Shown here in pieces: positions 62,094-64,000 of a DNA stretch of 64,000 nt. Where the stretch lies: the NCBI GenBank assembly GCA_950097015.1, contig CATNEN010000034.1, positions 5,766,001 to 5,830,000 on the forward strand, in the 5' to 3' direction. Every line of letters starts with the position of its first letter. Within the stretch, counting starts at the first letter, position 1. The translations under genes and the position numbers were made by a program. The notes under the pieces were generated by a model. That model ran no database searches, had not been told where the DNA came from, and was given only the letters and a program-made list of their open reading frames with translations. This DNA is from Macrostomum hystrix. Its lineage: Eukaryota; Animalia; Platyhelminthes.

Positions 62094-64000
62094 TCAATTG
62101 AAGCCGCTCTGCATCATTCCTCGCCTTCGCCTGTCCTGCATTAGCGCGGTTCGCCCAATGAGTTGGTGCATACTGTTAGTAGCTTGAATGAGTGTGCCCA
62201 GCAGGGCTGTGAGTTGCACATCGTTGCACTGGCGATAGAAGGCCCTATAAAATTCCGGACCGCCGCAGACCGGCAGCTGATCGGCTAGGCGGCGCAGATC
62301 GCGCAGCACGGCATGACAGGGCGGCAATCGGCCGGCTGTGACGTCGCGCAGATAGGCCATCAGCAGGCCCAGCCGGCTGTGCAATGCGCGCACTGCGCTG
62401 CGCTGAACCACCAATGCTTCGGTCACCTTTTACGAGTGAAGCAAAAAACACCATATTCGATTAGAATAATGCAAACTACTCTACTGGCAGTAGAAATACA
62501 CGATTTTTTCATCGCGATTGTACCTTGGTCCCGCCGCTGCCAGATATATCCCTAGACACGTGATCAACTCCGATTCTTTCAGCCTCCTCAGTAGCCAGAA
62601 TGTAGGTCAGTGGGATAAATAGGCACTTCGGCGAACCATTAACCAGTTCAAGTACCGATTCAAATAGGCGAACAGGAAGGGACTCCGATGTGCCAGCCGC
62701 CGATCCCGGCAGCAGGCGGAGTAGGACGGGCATCAGGGGCGAGTCAGACATCACTAGGTCGCATACCTGCTTGTGCAGCGCAGCCTCCGTGTCTGTCACC
62801 TGCAGCAATCGATTAGGGATCAATTGTAAAAGAAGAAATGTTCTGGATAAAGTTCATGATGGCAAGAAATGTTCTGGATGAAGTTCATGATGGGAAGAAA
62901 TGTTCTGGATGAAGTTCATGATGGGAAGAAATGTTCAGGGTGAAGTTCATGATGGGAAGAAATGTTCTGGATGAAGTTCATGATGGGAAGAAATGTTCAG
63001 GGTGAAGTTCATGATGGGAAGAAATGTTCAGGGTGAAGTTTATGATAGGAAGAAATGTTCAGGGTGAAGTTCATGATGGGAAAAAATGTTCTGGGTGAAG
63101 TTTATGATAGGAAGAAATGATCAGGGATGAAGTTCATGATGGGAAGAAATGTTCAGGGTGAAGTTCATGATGGGAAGAAATGTTCTGGATGAAGTTCATG
63201 ATGGGAAGAAATGTTCAGGGTGAAGTTCATGATGGGAAGAAATGTTCAGGGTGAAGTTTATGATAGGAAGAAATGTTCAGGGTGAAGTTCATGATGGGAA
63301 AAAATGTTCTGGGTGAAGTTTATGATAGGAAGAAATGATCAGGGATGAAGTTCATGATGGGAAGAAATGATCAGGGATGAAGTTCATGATGGAATAAATA
63401 ATCAGGGATGAAGTTCATGATGGGAATAAATAATCAGGGATGAAGTTTATGATGGGAATAAATAGTCAGGGATGAAGTTCATGATGGGAATAAATAATCA
63501 GGGATGAAGTTCATGATGGGAATAAATAATCAGGGATGAAGTTCATGATGGGAAGAAATGATCAGGGATGAAGTTTATGATGGGAAGAAATGATCAGGGA
63601 TGAAGTTTATGATGGGAAGAAATGATCAGGGATGAAGTTCATGATGGGAAGAAATGTTCAGGATTAAGTTCACAATGTGAAGAAATGTTCAGGATTAAGT
63701 TCACAATGTGAAGAAATGTTTAGGATTAAGTTTAGGATCGCGAAAAAATGTTTGTGGTAGAGTTTAGGCTGGGGAGATATGCTTAAGGTGGGATTTGAGT
63801 GGGAGGAAACGAATAAATTTATTTTCTCCAACGTACCTCATCAGGCAAGTCGCAGCAGTAATACCAGCCGACAACACTAAGACTGGGGTAAACTTCGCGA
63901 TACTGAGCTAGGCGAGTCTGGAAGAAGCCAACATCAATAGTGTCCGCAAGCGAAGCTGGTGACGCGCCGGCCGACTGCGGAAAATAGGGCGCCAATTCAA
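62094..64000 (-). CDS. COPS6: COP9 signalosome subunit 6, 5'-truncated by the window; exons >64000-63837, 62799-62524, 62426-62094
   Basis: YREVYPSLSVVGWY..|..ALHKQVC..LPVRLFESVLELVNG..LTYILATEEAERIGVDHV..|..QRSAVRALHSRL..FYRQCNDVQLTALLGTL. Introns are in phase. Confidence 0.93.
62840..63720. repeat. 31-bp minisatellite (GAAGTTCATGATGGGAAGAAATGTTCAGGGT), COPS6 intron
   Basis: Direct periodicity. Confidence 0.95.

Noticed and set aside
1-63720. Tandem arrays as possible CRISPR loci
   Set aside because: Units are contiguous with no unique spacers, there are no cas genes, and the context is spliced eukaryotic genes.
14220-63720. Sense-strand pyrimidine bias of intronic arrays
   Set aside because: Holds for several arrays, but those at 38370, 39525 and 52715 are clear exceptions; too few to claim.

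Overview
Eukaryotic (animal) genomic DNA with GC-rich exons, AT-rich spacers and about 30 unrelated minisatellite arrays. The texture is reminiscent of the flatworm Macrostomum, but that identification is inference and unverified. Genes reconstructed by hand from GT-AG junctions and codon phase: the 3' exon of a nuclear receptor (+), CAMSAP/Patronin (-, with a 1-nt frame break before the CKK domain), an orphan FN3-TM terminal exon (+), and a 790-aa EGF/EGF/cbEGF/TSP1 type I membrane protein (+). Six consecutive minus-strand genes follow: ADIPOR/PAQR, an intronless LRR-TM protein, an LRMDA-like LRR protein, AIMP1, Golgin-45/BLZF1 and COPS6 (cut by the window end). Most long ORFs in the supplied track are translations of tandem repeats. 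There are two tRNA-derived SINE families and several MITE-like hairpins. Most interesting: 17 of 23 mapped introns carry their own minisatellite, one array can be traced to its single-copy seed in an inverted repeat, and AIMP1 and the LRMDA-like gene have an operon-like, trans-splicing-compatible layout. No CRISPR, rRNA or intact tRNA gene is supported.
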